From: Camelus dromedarius
Lineage: Eukaryota
Assembly: GCF_036321535.1 (NCBI RefSeq)
Contig: NC_087436.1
Coordinates: forward strand, 45,138,001-45,202,000
Direction of reading: 5' to 3'
Length of the DNA stretch: 64,000 bases
The notes under the pieces were generated by a model, which saw only the letters and a program-made list of their open reading frames with translations, did no database searches and was not told the DNA's origin. The position numbers and the translations under genes are program-made. Numbering within the stretch: position 1 is the stretch's first letter; each line of letters opens with the position of its first letter. Below, in pieces: positions 49,854 through 63,950 of the stretch.

Positions 49854-50527
49854 GCACTGTCACCTAACTAAGGCTCATTCATAGCAGTGGTAACTCAGGT
49901 CGGAATACTTACTGGTATGTCAATATTCAGCTCTACTGTCTCTTTTAATAATTGATCTTAAATACAGTGTTTGCCACCCTGAAAAATTGATAAATGGTGT
50001 TTGTAATCATTCCCCTTTTATTGCCAAACCTAATTGCCAGTTTTTGTTACTATAGAATCTGAGTTCCTTCTGAAGAGAAGGAAACGCTTCATCCATTTGC
50101 CCAGGAAAGGCAGTATCATTTTAAGCAAAAGCTGTTCATTTGATTTTCATTGATGAACATCAGCCAGTTGATAAATCTTCAAAGAGACACTTATATTTAC
50201 ATATAAGTACAATGGATTTCTGATGCGCTAATGGGATTGGTCCCACAAAGAATCCTAGCAAGATAAATATACTCTGGGAGAAAATGACTTTTTGCTAAAC
50301 GACAGATTAATGGCTTTAATGACTTCTTTCAAGCCTGGCATAAACACAGTGCCCAAGAAGAAATCATCAGGTCTGTGTTTAAATTATCATTTTATGACTT
50401 AGATAAATCTCTTATATGTTCATTTTTTAGAAAAGGGTTTCATGAAACTTATATAATGTTATAAACCAATGTTCCTTCAGTTAAAAAAAGTAAAATTTAA
50501 TTAAAAATTTTTTTAATTGTTATACTT

Positions 50528-51115
50528 TGTACTAATTTCTCAGGATTATCATATCAAATCCCACAAACTTGGCAGCTTAAAGCAATAGGAATGTATTCTC
50601 TCACCACATCAGCAAACTTCTGGGGAAAATCCTTCCTTGAGGCTTCCAGTGTCCAGTGGCTCCTGGCTTTCCTTGTCTTGTGGCAGCAAAACTCCAGTCT
50701 CTGCCTCTCTCTTTACCCAGCCCTCTTCCCTGTGTCTCTGTGTCTCAAGTCTCTCTCTCTCCTTTCTCTTCTAAAGACATTATGGGATTTAGGGCCTAAC
50801 CTAATCCAAAATCATCTCATCTCAAGACCCCTAACTTAATTATATCTACAAAGAATCCTATCTTCAAATACAGTTACATTCACAAGAACTGGGGGTAGGC
50901 CTTGGATGTATCTTTTGAGGGGACACAGTTCAATTTCACATTTCTACAACTTGCATTCCATTGGCCAGAATTTTATGATATGGCCAACCTAGCTGCAAGA
51001 GAAGCTGGGAATTATTGTTTTTCATTTTGGGCAGCCATTTGCCCAGCTAAAATCAAGAATTCTATCACTAAAGAAGGTGGAAAATAATATTGAAGGACAC
51101 CTAAACATCTCTGCC
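50528..51115 (-). mobile_element. MLT1C/D-like LTR adjoining an older MLT1 fragment
   Basis: TGTACTAATTTCTCAGG...CACAAACTTGGCAGCTTAAAGCAA...CATCTCATCTCAAGACCCCTAACTTAATTATATCT...GGGGACACAGTTCAA; then CCATTGGCCAGAA...CTAGCTGCAAGAGAAGCTGGGAA. Confidence 0.8.
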
Positions 51116-51649
51116 CCAATAGCAAAATAATCTCCCAGAATTATTTTCAAGAACTGAATATGCTGAATTGTCATGTTCTGTGAAGAATCAATGCCTGCAT
51201 AGAATCTGAGTTTAATCTCTGAAATAACCACACCTTCATTATTTTTTCTTTCTTTAGTACTACCTATGTGTTTATTTGGTCTCCATAGACAACTGTGATG
51301 TCTGTACCAAATGCACCAGTTAAAAAGTTATTACATTTGTTGATCATTACAAAGTCTTATCAACACCCTTGATTGCTAACCTATTGTCAAGGTAATATCC
51401 CACTATATTTTATCATTGGGGTTACTATAAAAATGATATGAATGAAAGGTGCCACAAAAGCAAAGGAGAATGATCAGAGTAAGGGGGGATTTCATCCAGA
51501 AGAAGGAAACAAGTAGACTTGGAAAAAAACAAAGAAGCAGCAGCAGCTCCCATTTCAGCAGGAAATGAGCAGTCCATTTCACCCCCAAATGTGGCAAAAG
51601 AACAACAGTTCAACAATAACAGAAACTTAAGGCCAGTACAGGTAGTGAT

Positions 51650-52100
51650 CAGCTGAGTCAATGGAAGATAGAAATGCTTCAGGAGTTGCTATAATGATAA
51701 TTTGCCGAGTCAATTACAGACATGGACCAGGAGATATCCTAATGTGATATAAAGGAGGTAGTGGAGGAAACTCAGCTCTAGGAAATAGAGCTTATAAGAA
51801 TGAGACCAGGAAATAAGCCCCAGAAGCCAGCTACAGTAGTGGATTGCCCCAACTCCCTACTAGAGACCAGAAAGCTAAGGGGGGAAAAAAATCCAGAAAT
51901 GGAAAAAGATCTCAGCAGAAGGGCAGTAGACTGTCAGATGGCTTTACCAAGGATAGATTCAGAAAACCCTTGTCAGATACTGCCAACCACAACCACAGAA
52001 TACGGCATCCTCTGGAACATTGCCCTAAGGAGTAAGCAAGCAGAAGATGTTTGCCAAACAGTAAGTGGGGGAAACATGTCTTAATACATTGATAGGTGAA
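51650..52100 (+). mobile_element. Possible ancient non-LTR retrotransposon (L4/RTE-X or CR1) endonuclease remnant
   Basis: Degenerate APE-like order across frameshifts: IEMLQELL...KGGSGGNSAL...TVV(D)APTP...EMEKDLSRRAVD; purine-rich; weak match. Confidence 0.3.
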
Positions 52101-53376
52101 GTTCCAGCACAACCTGCTGGTGACATTCATTTACCAACAGTGAGAACAAGTCCCAGCGAGGTAAGAACTGACCACTACTTTCTGAAATATATGTATCTCT
52201 GTGATTTAAGTACCATGTTAATTTCTTTATTAACCCACATCTGAGGGCTCTGGTTTAAATCCTAAAAGCAAGATTGCTTCTGTGACAAAACCCAAAGCTA
52301 ACTTATTTTAGGCCTTCAATTTTTCTGTGTCTAGTCATAGCATCTTCTACCCTTTACAATGGAACCATTCTTTATAACACTCTTGAGTATAATTAGACAG
52401 ATAATCCTCTTATTCTGAACCACTATTAAAATGAGCAAATCCGAGTCTCCCATTAATAAACCAATGAATGGAAGTCTTCTGAATTCAGGCGCTGGTGGAA
52501 GAACTCATGTGTTTCCAAAATGGTAAAGAATGAAATATTTTCTTTGCAATGTCATAATTTGAAAGGCAGAGTCACAGTCTCTAAGATACTGAAAAAGAAA
52601 AAGTAACTTAAGTTTTATTCCAAACATTACCAAAAGTGGTAGAAACAGTTATGTGATGAAAGACAGAGAACTGTCATCTGTTACTGGATCAGACATCTAT
52701 CATTTGACCAGCTATAAGTCAGATGTTTTTTTACTGTAGAGTGTCCTTTTTTTCCCCCACATCTGTTATAATCCCCTACAAACACCACAGAGTTCATATA
52801 AAACTCATTTTAGGAAACAGATGTGAGGGCACTTTACAGTATAAAGTAATATATAGATGCAAGATGTTCACACTCCTGCAAGCATCAACACTTTCTTCTG
52901 AAGGAGTATTTTGCTCACTTTGACTCACCACAGGACCAGCGTAATTGCCTGAGTGCTGAGAGGATTTTGTTTTATGTTCATTGTTATATAGTTCGTGTTC
53001 CCATTTCATCTTTTAGGTCTTTATCTTGATTCTTTGATTTGTTTGCTGAATTTTCATTTTGCTTGCTCAGGAATAAAAATCTTCTGTTTATGATCCCTCT
53101 GCTGCACATCTTTTCTCATTCCACAGCATGGAATTGTTGGTGAATCCTTAAAGGCTTCTTTGAGGGGAGCACATGGGTTGGAAGAAGTGACTTCCGGTGT
53201 TCTTTCATTGCTGATTGACTTAGGAAGTTTTGGAAGATAAGAGAACAAGTTAGTTCAATGGGTGGACTGGAGGTACAAGAGGGCAGGGAACCTCAACCTC
53301 ACATTCTGCCTTCAAACACTGGGAAGCATTTGGAGCACCTACTGAAACACAGATTTTTTTCTTCAAACAAGGTTTT

Positions 53377-53466
53377 GAGGGGTGGGTATAGCTCAGTGGT
53401 AGAGTTCGTGCTTAGCATGCATGAGGTCCTAGGTTCAATCTCCAGTACCTCCATTTAAAAAAAAAA
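53377..53466 (+). mobile_element. tRNA-derived SINE, camelid Vic-1-like
   Basis: GGGTATAGCTCAGTGGTAGAGTTCGTGCTTAGCATGCATGAGGTCCTAGGTTCAATCTCCAGTACCTCCATTT followed by poly(A). Confidence 0.9.
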
Positions 53467-53981
53467 TTCCATCCACTGTAGCTTAAGTTTCCCTGATGAT
53501 AATAACCTTATTGGTATTTTCAAGAGACTTCAACCAATAGGAAGTACTGAACCAATAAGAAGTAAGACCAAAGAGTCAGCTAATGAGCAAAAATACCCAC
53601 TTTATTACTGATACAGACTAGGTTAGAGGACTTTGCTTACTGTGAGAACCAGAGTTGACTTGTTCACTTCTGACCCCTAGCCTAGTCCTCAGAACAGCTC
53701 ATCTGAGGGCAAGTTTGAGACCACACGGCAGACACATTTACCCAGGTCACTGTCTCCATTTCTCCGAGTGGAGAATGAAAGAGAAAGACACCAAATCCCT
53801 TCATGCTCAGGACTTTTAGTAGAGTAGCTCCCCACAATCAAGGAAATTGGAATAATGGCTGTCACTAGGCAAACGTATCTCCCAGGGGAGTAAGGAATTG
53901 GGCCAAAAGTTGGGGGTACATAAGGGTGATCCCTCCTCAGAGACATCAGAAGTCAGAGGAGGTGCTTCTCTTTAAAAAACA

Positions 53982-54170
53982 AGAATAGCTAATGTTTATT
54001 GAGTTCTCACTATGTGTCAGGCACTGCTCTAAAAGCCTTTCTCCCTCTGCCTTTCTGTTATAAACCCAGATTTACTCATTTAAACCTCACAACAAACCTA
54101 TAAGGAAAGTTCCTTTATTATCTCCACTTTACAGAGAAAGAAACTGAAGCACAGAGGGGTTAAGTAATTG
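53982..54170 (-). mobile_element. MIR SINE
   Basis: AATAGCTAATGTTTATTGAGTTCTCACTATGTGTCAGGCACTG...CCACTTTACAGAGAAAGAAACTGAAGCACAGAGGGGTTAAGTAA. Confidence 0.85.
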
Positions 54171-55031
54171 AAGGAGAAAAAAGAAAATCATGTCCATATA
54201 GAAGGCTCACCAGGAGGTAAGGCGACATTATATCACTAACAGGATTCATGAGAAAATCCAACCTGGGTGGAAGAGTTTTTCTTCTTCCATATTTAGGGTT
54301 CCTTCTGCTGATACATCTGGGGCTGTACTACTGCCTACACACCGTGCTGCTCACGAACTGGACTGGACTTGATGCAGTACGACAGGACGGGCAGGAGGAA
54401 TGCTCCTCTCTCTCCAAAGTGTCTCTCCCTTAGGCTGATGTGGAACCTGCGTGAAATCCCCACTGACTTCTCTCCTCAGCTTAATGGGTCCAAGATCAGT
54501 TGTAAAAGACAAATGTTATTAAAACAGGGTAACAGTGAGTTATAATCAGTCTTATCTCCTTGCAACAAATTAATTGGGGGTTGGGATTTAGCCCTAGGAA
54601 GAGAGCCCTGAGGAAAGGAGACAGAGGTTGGAGACAGCTTAGCAGAAGGCGGAGACGAGTGGCTTGGTGAGAAGGGCTCACAGGTATCCAGGAAGCGGGG
54701 TGAGGGCACCATGATCTGAAAGGGTGTGAGCACAAAACAGGGAATGGTCTGTCCCTCTCTCACTCCTTCACTTTATTTGACTTGATATTCTCATCTTTCT
54801 CTGGGGGATTTTTTAATAAAATCCCCATCATTTGCCAGAAGGTCATTATTGCCTGTCTATATCACAACAAAAACCCTCATATGTCCCTGAAGCTCTTCGA
54901 CTGTCCACTCCCATCAGCAGACACCCACTCTCCCTTAGTGTGTGTGAAGTCAGCAGTGAGAGAAAAGACATTGGTTCTACGATTTTTTTTTTTTATATAA
55001 CATCAGTTCTATCATATCAGCTCTTCCCCCA

Positions 55032-55494
55032 TGTATTAGTTTCCTGCAGCTGCTATAACAAATGATCAAAGGCTGAGTGGCTTTAAACAGACATTTATTC
55101 TCTCAGAGTTTTGGAGGTCAGAAATCAGATATCAAGGGGTTGTCAGGGCTGTTCGGTCTCCAGAGACTTTAGGGGAGGATCGTTCCCTGCCTCTTCCAGC
55201 TTCTGGTGGTTCTCTGCGCTCCTTGGTTTCTCCAAATCTCTGCCTCCACCTTCACATCACCTTCTCCCCTGTCTTCTCTTCAGTCAGTCTCATCTTCCTC
55301 TGCCTTTCTGTTATAAAGACACTTGCCATTGGATCTTGGGTCTACCAAGATAATCCAGGATGATCTCATCATCTCACTATCTTTAAATTAATTATGTCTT
55401 CAAAGACTTTTTTCCAGGTAAACTGACATCCACCAGTTCCAGGGAATAGGATGTGGATATATTTATTTAGGGGACCACCATTCAACCTACTGTA
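55032..55494 (-). mobile_element. MLT1C-like solo LTR
   Basis: TGTATTAGTTTCCTGCAGCTGCTATAACAAATG...CATTTATTCTCTCA...CCTCTTCCAGCTTCTGGTGG...ATAATCCAGGATGATCTCATC...CACCATTCAACCTAC. Confidence 0.9.
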
Positions 55495-55599
55495 CTCCAT
55501 CAGAAGGACAAATGAGAAAAAATGGGGAAATATAATTAAGTTGTACAGTATTAGAACCCCAGGCTCCCTCGCCTCATCGAGAAAAATGTTAAATTGATA

Positions 55600-57345
55600 G
55601 GTTATATAGTGATGCCCAGAAAAGAGGACCAGGTACTTGTCCCAACAATACCAATAAGCATGCATGTGACCTCGGATGATTCTCTTATCATTTCAGAGCC
55701 TCAGTTTTCTTATCTACAAATGAGGGGTTGCTAAGATGTTCTTTGCATATTCTTCCAACCTCAATATCTTATGATTCTACAGAAAATTCCACGCATATCT
55801 TAAATCCCAGCATGCACACGGTGAGAAACAGAGAAAATTAATGTTATCCCAGCTAGTCTTTCAATCATCAAACGCTGTTCAATGCCTTCTTTTTGGCAGG
55901 AAAAAGAAGGGTATATGGATAAATAAATACATTGAAAAATAAGCCACTGAATTAATTAAAAGGATCCCCAGAAGCTCTCTGTGATACTAAAATTAACAAC
56001 CCCCTACAAAATTAAACTGTTTTATACAAAGTCCACCCTATTGGAAAAGAAGAAGGAGGAAAAGAAGAGAGAAACCTGGCATAACTAACCTGAAGCAGAG
56101 CTGGCTCACTGCCTCCAGGCCCACCTGAGTTTGTACCATGCTAAGGAGACACGGTGCTAGAAAAGGAAATGTATGCGTTCCGGATTCATTTCAACCTAAG
56201 ATCGATCCCAACCCCGTGTGATCTTGAACAAGTCACTTAACCTTCCAGAATCCATTTGCTCAAGGGGAAAATGGGAAAACCGTAAGAATGCTTACCCCCT
56301 GGAAAATGGTGAAGACCCAGCTTGAGAAGGTATGGAAGGCATTTAGTGGCAGCTCTCTGGCATGTGCTGTTTCCTTCTGTTTGACCTGCCCCAGAGAAAG
56401 TAAACAGAGTTGACCTTAAACAAAGTTGTAAAGTGTTTAAAGTTCACTTTTCACCTGCTTTCCTGTACTTTTCTTTTCCCTCTTGTTGGTAACCCTTCCA
56501 GGCAAGGAACTTGTCATTTATAATTGTTTACTGGTTAAACAGAAATTATTCATACCAAAATGGTGCCTGAAGCAGATTTTCAATTATTTTGTCTCTAACT
56601 GTAGAAGGTATGTCAAGAATATTTGGATATGAGCAAAAAGATGACAGGAGATCAGGGTGGGAGTAGAGAAACTGATTCTGAAGTTCCTTGAAATGGAGCT
56701 GGGCCCCCTCTCTAGACTCAGAAGAGGAATCTCATTAGTCATATTTGAAATGCATGCAATGACTGAAGGCAATGTTACATAGACTCTTCTGTTTCTTACC
56801 AAAGCCAGGCTGAAAACTGGACTCTCACTCTAATCTGCTGCAAGAGGTGGTTTAAATAAAATAATGACAGTCCATATTCTTAAGAATGAAAAGCTATACC
56901 ATCGTCACAGTCACCTTCCTTAAATTTACCTAATGTGACCACTTTCTATACCCCCCAAGATATCAAGATGCATAATGAATATTTTCTAAAATAATTTGTG
57001 GTTTGTTAATATCTGATGATTTTTTTTGTCATGTCCAAACCTTCCCCACAGCTGTTATCCAAGAAAATACCCCTATGGCTCCTAACTATATTTATGAAGC
57101 TCCCAAAAAGTGCACGTGCTAAAATTATACTCTTCATTAACAGAGGCAGTTGAAAGTGAATATGAACATTTGGACCCTCGAGTCAGACAGGCCTGGATTT
57201 GCATCCAAGCTTGTAACTATTTGCTCACTCTCTGTTTTTGTGAGAACTTGGGAAAGTTACTGTCCCTCTTTAAGTCTTACTTTTCTCATCGGCAAAATGA
57301 GGACGATAATAGTATCGATGTAATAAATTGCCTAGCATAGTACAC
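55600..57345 (+). mobile_element. Three separate MIR fragments (~55600-55780, 56150-56345, 57130-57345)
   Basis: CAGAGCCTCAGTTTTCTTATCTACAAATGAGG; GTGTGATCTTGAACAAGTCACTTAACC; AGTCAGACAGGCCTGGATTTGCATCC...CTTGGGAAAGTTAC. Confidence 0.65.
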
Positions 57346-59856
57346 TCATTACATATGAGCTATGGTCATCATCCAAAACCTAGACGTATGAAAAGAAAAG
57401 CTTATTACTCCAGTCTTGAGAATGAGAGAAGCATTACTCTGAATTAACGGAATGTTTAACTGTAAAATAATTTTAAAGAAAAAAACATAAAGAGTCCCAC
57501 ACTATTGCCTAGTAAAGAGCTTGTTTGTCTCACTAAGACATATTTGTGGACCCATATAATAGACCCATGATGGGCAATTTGACTTGAGTGAAACATTAAA
57601 AAAAAAAAAATGAACCATACTGCCCACAGGTGAGTCCGATATAGTTATTATTATCAAAATTGCCAGATATGTCATTTTTAGTCCTGATTATTTTCATCAC
57701 AAAGAGTTTGTCATTTGATCCATTTATTCTTCCGTTCCACAAATAGCAATTGTTGGTATCAAGGAATTGTGCTTGGAACACAAAAATTAATACTTAGCCC
57801 ATGGCCTCCGAAAGCTGACATATATACATATATTTATTTCTTCCCTGTTGCAAAAATTAAGCTGAAGGAGCACAATTAGCTCAAGAAGGCAGCACTTAGG
57901 AGCCTGACTCAGGTTATTATGTGTATACTTGAAAGAAAATAAAACTGCCTTCCTTCTAAATATTCTTTAATTTACACTTTCACTAACAGTCCTGCCATCT
58001 TACCTGTTTTTTGTTTGTTTGTTTGTTTGTTTTGCTTTTCATAGATAATGTGCTTAAAAATAAATATAATGTGCTTAGCAAGCTGTAGTCAAATCACTTA
58101 GGAGTTTTCTCTTCATTATGACAGAGGACAACAAACAGATTTTCAATTTCTTTTCACATAAATAAATTTACAGAGCAAGTAGCAAAAGATACTGAATATG
58201 ATCCAAACAGTTAATGTTCATGGAGAGGAATAACATTTTTCATACATTCCAAACTTATACTTTCAATACAGTTTCAATACAATACTGTAATTAGCCAGCT
58301 CTTTTGACATAGAGTATTAGGATGAATGAAAAGGGATTATTTTTAGCTTCCCAGGGCCAAAACAATCTAGTGATTGAAACTGGGACATGATACAGCATCT
58401 AAAAATATTTCAATGTATCATTTTATACTACTAAGACCATGTCACTTACTTTTTTTTAATTGGCCTGAGACAAGGAGGTTTTCATTAACTCTCACCAACA
58501 TTACTCCAAAGAAGAGTCAGCTTCAGATTAAAGGCATATACTTTTTTAATTATGTGTAACTGTGCCAAGGTGTTCTTGGGGAGGAAAAATAAAAAGCTCC
58601 CTTATAACCCTTACTGAGAATCTTACCATGGGGACTTTATTCTTACTTAAATTAAGAGTCAATCCTTTATTAAACATATTCTAAATAGCTATTACTCTTA
58701 TAGGAAAATCACCTCTATGAATGAAAAGATTAGGGATAGGAGAGGCAGGGAGAGTCTGAACTGGATTGCTTGTCTTTTTACAATTCATCCACACTTCAGA
58801 ATGCTTTTAAAAATAGAAAACATCCTATACTGAATGAAGTATGCAGTTAAACATTGTGCTACGCCTACATGAGCTCACAAGGAAATGACACAAGATGTTT
58901 GATAAATAAATTGTAAGTGATGTAAAAGAATTTATATCTGAGTTCTTTAAATGAGTCAAAGAGTTTTCCCCTTTTGATTATTTATCCTACTCTTTATTTG
59001 TTTTTGTTGTCAAAATTATAAGCAGTAGGACTTACAGGGAATGTTGACATATAATGTATGTATATATGTGCATAAATATTTATACACACGTTTATATAGA
59101 GAGGCCTATTTAAAATCATAATGCTTTACATGGACCTCCTATGGAAATACTTAAACACATATCTATTTCTCTATGTATAGAATACAGAATGTAGAGAGAA
59201 TACATTCATAATTATGTGACTATTTTAAACTGTCTTTTTAGATTTAAAAGGGTTAAAAATTAAATAAAACACAGTCGTAAAGTTTCATTCATTTTACTTC
59301 TAATTAGGATAGAGAGATCTGATTCAGCCTTCTTAAGTGTTTTATGACAGCTTATTTGTCGTAAGTTTTTTTTTATATAGGTATGATTCTGGCAGGAATA
59401 AAAAACTAAAAAAATCCGTAGTGCAAAATAATAATGAAAATCACAGCCACTGACTTCCAAAACAGTGAGGTATTTTCAGCTTAACAGTAATGTTTATCAA
59501 CTAAATCCTAATAGTAGTAAAAAAAAAAAGAGAGAGAGAGAGAAAAGTGTTTATTATATTACAGGCCCCTCGATTATCAGTTATTTTGAACATCTAGAAT
59601 AACATCAGCTTCACAGTTTTCAGATATCTGCTTATAACCTGAGGTAGGAAATCAGACATAATGAATCAATTAAAGTCAATTAATTTTATCCAGATCAGTA
59701 ATTCATCCTATTTTAGAGATAATTGATATATTTTTTCTTATTTCACAAAGAAATGTTGATTTTTGTGCTTTCCTCCCTACTCTTCAACTTCACATAGCAT
59801 GTCTTTGCCAGGCCAGCATAGACCAATGAATGAGCTATAAACAGAATGCAGAAGCA

Positions 59857-59982
59857 GAGGAAGGGTATAGCTCAGTGGTAGAGTACATGCTTAGTGTGCA
59901 TGAGGTCCTGGGTTCAATCCCCACCACCTCCATTAAAATAAATAAATAAATAAACCTCATTGCCCACCCACACCCAAAAAAA
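59857..59982 (+). mobile_element. tRNA-derived SINE, camelid Vic-1-like
   Basis: GGGTATAGCTCAGTGGTAGAGTACATGCTTAGTGTGCATGAGGTCCTGGGTTCAATCCCCACCACCTCCATT + (AAAT)n + AACCTCATTGCCCACCC tail. Confidence 0.9.
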
Positions 59983-62900
59983 GTCCTTGTTCAAAAATAA
60001 ATAAAATTTAATATTTACAAAATAAATACATTATTTTTAAAAAGTAGATTCCTAGAGGGGGCATCAACGACTCCTGTCCAGTCCGTGGTAACAGCGGGGA
60101 AGAAGCCCTGAGGGTTCCACTGCTTCTGTCCCAGCGCCGCGCCCTGAGCTTCTCTGCCCTGGGAGGCTCCTCATTCTACATGGGCTATGTGACCTCTAAA
60201 CGGGGAACTCCGGGGATATATCCTCTTTTGAGGAACTCTCTCAAATGTCCTCACCTGTGTGATTCAGGTAGTAAAGCCCAGTGAGAGCAGCCTGGAAGCT
60301 GGTTCAAATCCTCGTCTTCACCTTCCTTCAAATCCTGGGAGCCTTCTGAGGTCAGAACTAGCTCAACGACTGAACTATAGCTTCTCAGTGAAATAATCTT
60401 TGGAAGGACCTGGAAATAATGCACTTTCCTACTTTTTTCAAACCCCCCAAAAGATATGTTTAAAGGAAAGAACTAAGACAGCACATTTAAACTCAATCAT
60501 GGTATTCCTTACAATACAAATTATGTGTAACAAAATGGTCAAGGAAGTGAGAAGTTAAGTTCACCTGAATTTAGAAATAAACTTTCAATTTAAAAATGTA
60601 ATACTACTTAAGTTTAATGTGGGAAACAAAAGACTCAAAAAGAGTCTCTTAAAGTCAATCTGCAAACCGTTCTACTCTCAAAAATTCTTGTCTTCCCCCA
60701 ACCCTGCACCCTACCACATCTGTTTAACCATCTCTCTTTTCTTTCATTTTCATGTGATCATTTGCGTATAATTAAAGTATTTAGTCTTTCTTTTTAAACT
60801 CAGCTTATGCCCTTTAAAGATCTAGAAACACATCTCCATCATCCAAAACTCATAGTAACAAACTACCACAAAATGAATCTACCAAATTAATCGAACCATC
60901 TTGTTGACCCACAATCCTAGATTCTGCCTCAGCTTTTTTCTCATTTCAGTTGAGTTGAGTCATTCCTTTTCCTTTCTTGATTCCTTTTTCTCTCTATTCC
61001 ACATATTCTTGTGGATTTGGAAAGGGTAGAGGATGAGGAGAGGGTATATGATTTGTGTCATAATTTTAAAATATATAGGAAAGCCATAAGTTTCCTTTCT
61101 AAAATTAGGAAAGCAACAAATAAAGGTTTTGAGATGAAAAGCATTATTTTTATTTTCACTGACTTTTGTGAACCCTCCTTGAGTTTTGTAAATCAGAAAC
61201 CAGTAGAATGACATTAATGCTTCGGGAAAAGAAGTATGAGTTGTCAACTGTGGCAAAAGAAATAAAGAACTGAGAGGATGTAGCTCTAACCTGTACAATT
61301 CACAGTTGCTTTCCCGTGAGGAGGAAGATAATATGAAAAGCTCCCTGGAGTGCATCTCTGGGAGAAAGGAGGAACTACTTCAGGGGAGAATAAGGAGAGC
61401 AAATATCAAAAAGGAAAATGAGTAAGAATCCTGTTGCTTTGGGCTCATAAATTACATTCAAGGAAAAGAACTTCTCCCCAAATGTTGGAGTATGTGGATT
61501 TGGAAAAGAAAGAACATTTATATCCAGATAAAGATGATGCATGGAAAATCATTTTTGTCCCAGGATTGTGCCAACATTTTCTTTCAGGAAATTTAAATAT
61601 TTTTAAGTGAATCAGTGACTTTACGCTTGGGAAACAAAACTAAATACACCTGAGAGAAAGCACACACCTAAACAAAAAGGCAGTTGTTAGAATATCAAGT
61701 GAAGTGAACAAAACGATCAACATCCTTCCAAGAGACAGTGTAAATATCAAAAGTGCTAATAAGTGGAGGCAGTCCCCTCGTGACAGGTGTGGTACATGTA
61801 CAGTTTCCAGGTAAGAACAAAATCATGGCACTTAAACAGTGGCAGAACTGTTAGTTACATGGGAAATGTGAAAAATATGACAACCATCTCAATCTGCTCA
61901 AGTAGCACTCATGGTAAGGGTGAAATTTTATCAACATTGGTTAACTTGTGGTATATTTAAAAAGTAGCAAGGAGATAAATTGATGGATTAAAAGATAAAC
62001 TACTCACAGGCAGACAAACAGAAGGACAGATAGAGTTACAATCAAACATGTACTTTACTCAGACAGATAATAACTAGCCCCAAGAAGTGACGTGCCTGCT
62101 AGGAAAGCCTTGAACGTAGAATTTTCTGACTTTGCCTTTAACTTACTTCTTTCAGCACCGTGCTGCATAGCCAGGGCTGACTCTCTGTAAGTCTCTGTGA
62201 CATAGTTTTCCATCTGTTAATGGGGCTAATAATATTTTCATATAGATTTTTGAAAGTAAAAGACATATGAAATATTTAAGAGTCTGGAAGAAATGCCTTC
62301 TATTAATTGGAGCTATATGATATGACATTATTCTCTTCAGTACCTGGGGTTTACACAATAGATAGCTATTCAGTGTATATGTGAAATTATGAGGCATCCA
62401 AATGCATTAACAAGGGATCTAAGGGGGAATCTTTCCCAAAGAGTGTAACTGGATATCTTTCTGGGAATAATTTAAACACAGGCTGAGGGTGAGTGTACCC
62501 TCTAGATCCTTTCTAGTTTTTAATTTCTATGGATCCTAATTTTTCTTCCCCGTTTATTTATTTTTTTAAAGTAACTATGAGACTCACAGGCTAGAGATGG
62601 AAAATAAGACAGTGTGCCCTTGAACTTTTCTTTCAAAAATACCATAGCATTTACAGGGATAGTCTGGATTCCTGTGACAGCACAAACTGAGGTCTCCCTT
62701 GAAATGAACTCACATATGAACTCACATATCATTTTTCTTTATTTGAACCCACTCCTCATGTTTCCTTATTCTACACACACCACAAAAGAATAAGAGAATT
62801 TTTTTACCAGAAAACAGGAAACTGGATTGAGTCTTCTTTTTTTTTTTTTTTTTGCTTCTTCTGTGCTTCATAAAACTGGGAATCCATACATACACTTGTG

Positions 62901-63857
62901 TGTATCTATCCCTTCTGGAAAAGGCTGAAGTGAAGCCAGTTTTGGCTCATTTTTGACAAAGGGACAAAGCTGAATTGGAAATAACCTTTACGATCAGCAA
63001 CAGGCCCACTATGATGACATGGATTTTGCAGAAGTCTCCCTGACGTTCTCTCCTGGCTCACGTTCTACCATCAGCAACTCATCTAAGTGGAGCATTGCTC
63101 CCACAGCCTGTGTCCTTGGGATCATTCTCTCTCCCCTTCATTCACCTCCTGATGCTCCTCCGTGCAAGATTTCTTCTTCAGCACAGGAAGTCATCTCACT
63201 GTAAATTTCAAATGACTTCACAACAGTAATGGAGATACTCGGGTGCACTCTAGGCAGAGGTAGGTAATGATAGGTAAGATCTCATTTCTCCTTTGAGCCT
63301 GGCATGATTTAGCACAATAACCAGATTCCTAACAGGTTTTTCTAGATTTCACTCCCCACTCAACGTGCATGTTCCTGCAACATGGATATTCTTATTACTC
63401 AGTCCTTACTTGCATCTCTCTTTGGTTCTAGAATAAAACTACTCAAACTCAGTTTAGATATTTTAGCCTACTTTGGAATCTCAGGGAGAGTCTTATGAAC
63501 TACATTCCTAGATTTATTAGGCTTAGGCCATCCTGACCATCTAAGCATTAATTTTCCTACTGTTCACAAATATCCCTGAACTTATCTTTCTCTTTCCTGG
63601 AATGGCCTGCCCAGGACAAATCCTGGAGCTGGGCTTTCCTGATGTCTTTTATTCAATCATTTCTCTTTTCCTCCTCTCTAGCACTTAAGGCATTTCTGAC
63701 TTTCTCCATCCCCTAGATAATATATTTGCTTTTCTTATCTCTGCAGTTTTCTTTTGTTTTTTGAAATTTTCCACATGGAAGTTCTATATTTCTTCCCCTC
63801 AGCAGATTCTGACCCTCCAGTTACAGTCACCACCAGTTCAGTGTACTAGTTAACATT

Positions 63858-63950
63858 TGGGACTCTGGAGATGGTAGACAAATCGAGATTCAAATTCCAA
63901 CTGTGACACTTAATGCCTATGTGATATGAAGTAATTTCCTACTCACTCTG
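63858..63950 (+). mobile_element. MIR SINE head
   Basis: GGGACTCTGGAG...GATTCAAATTCCAACTGTGACACTTAATGCCTATGTGA. Confidence 0.6.

Noticed and set aside
59857..59932. tRNA gene (also at 53377, 2139 and 10856)
   Set aside because: A and B boxes are present, but the copies are diverged and carry A-rich tails: tRNA-derived SINEs.
62704..62727. 12-bp tandem duplication ATGAACTCACAT x2
   Set aside because: Ordinary slippage duplication with no further structure.
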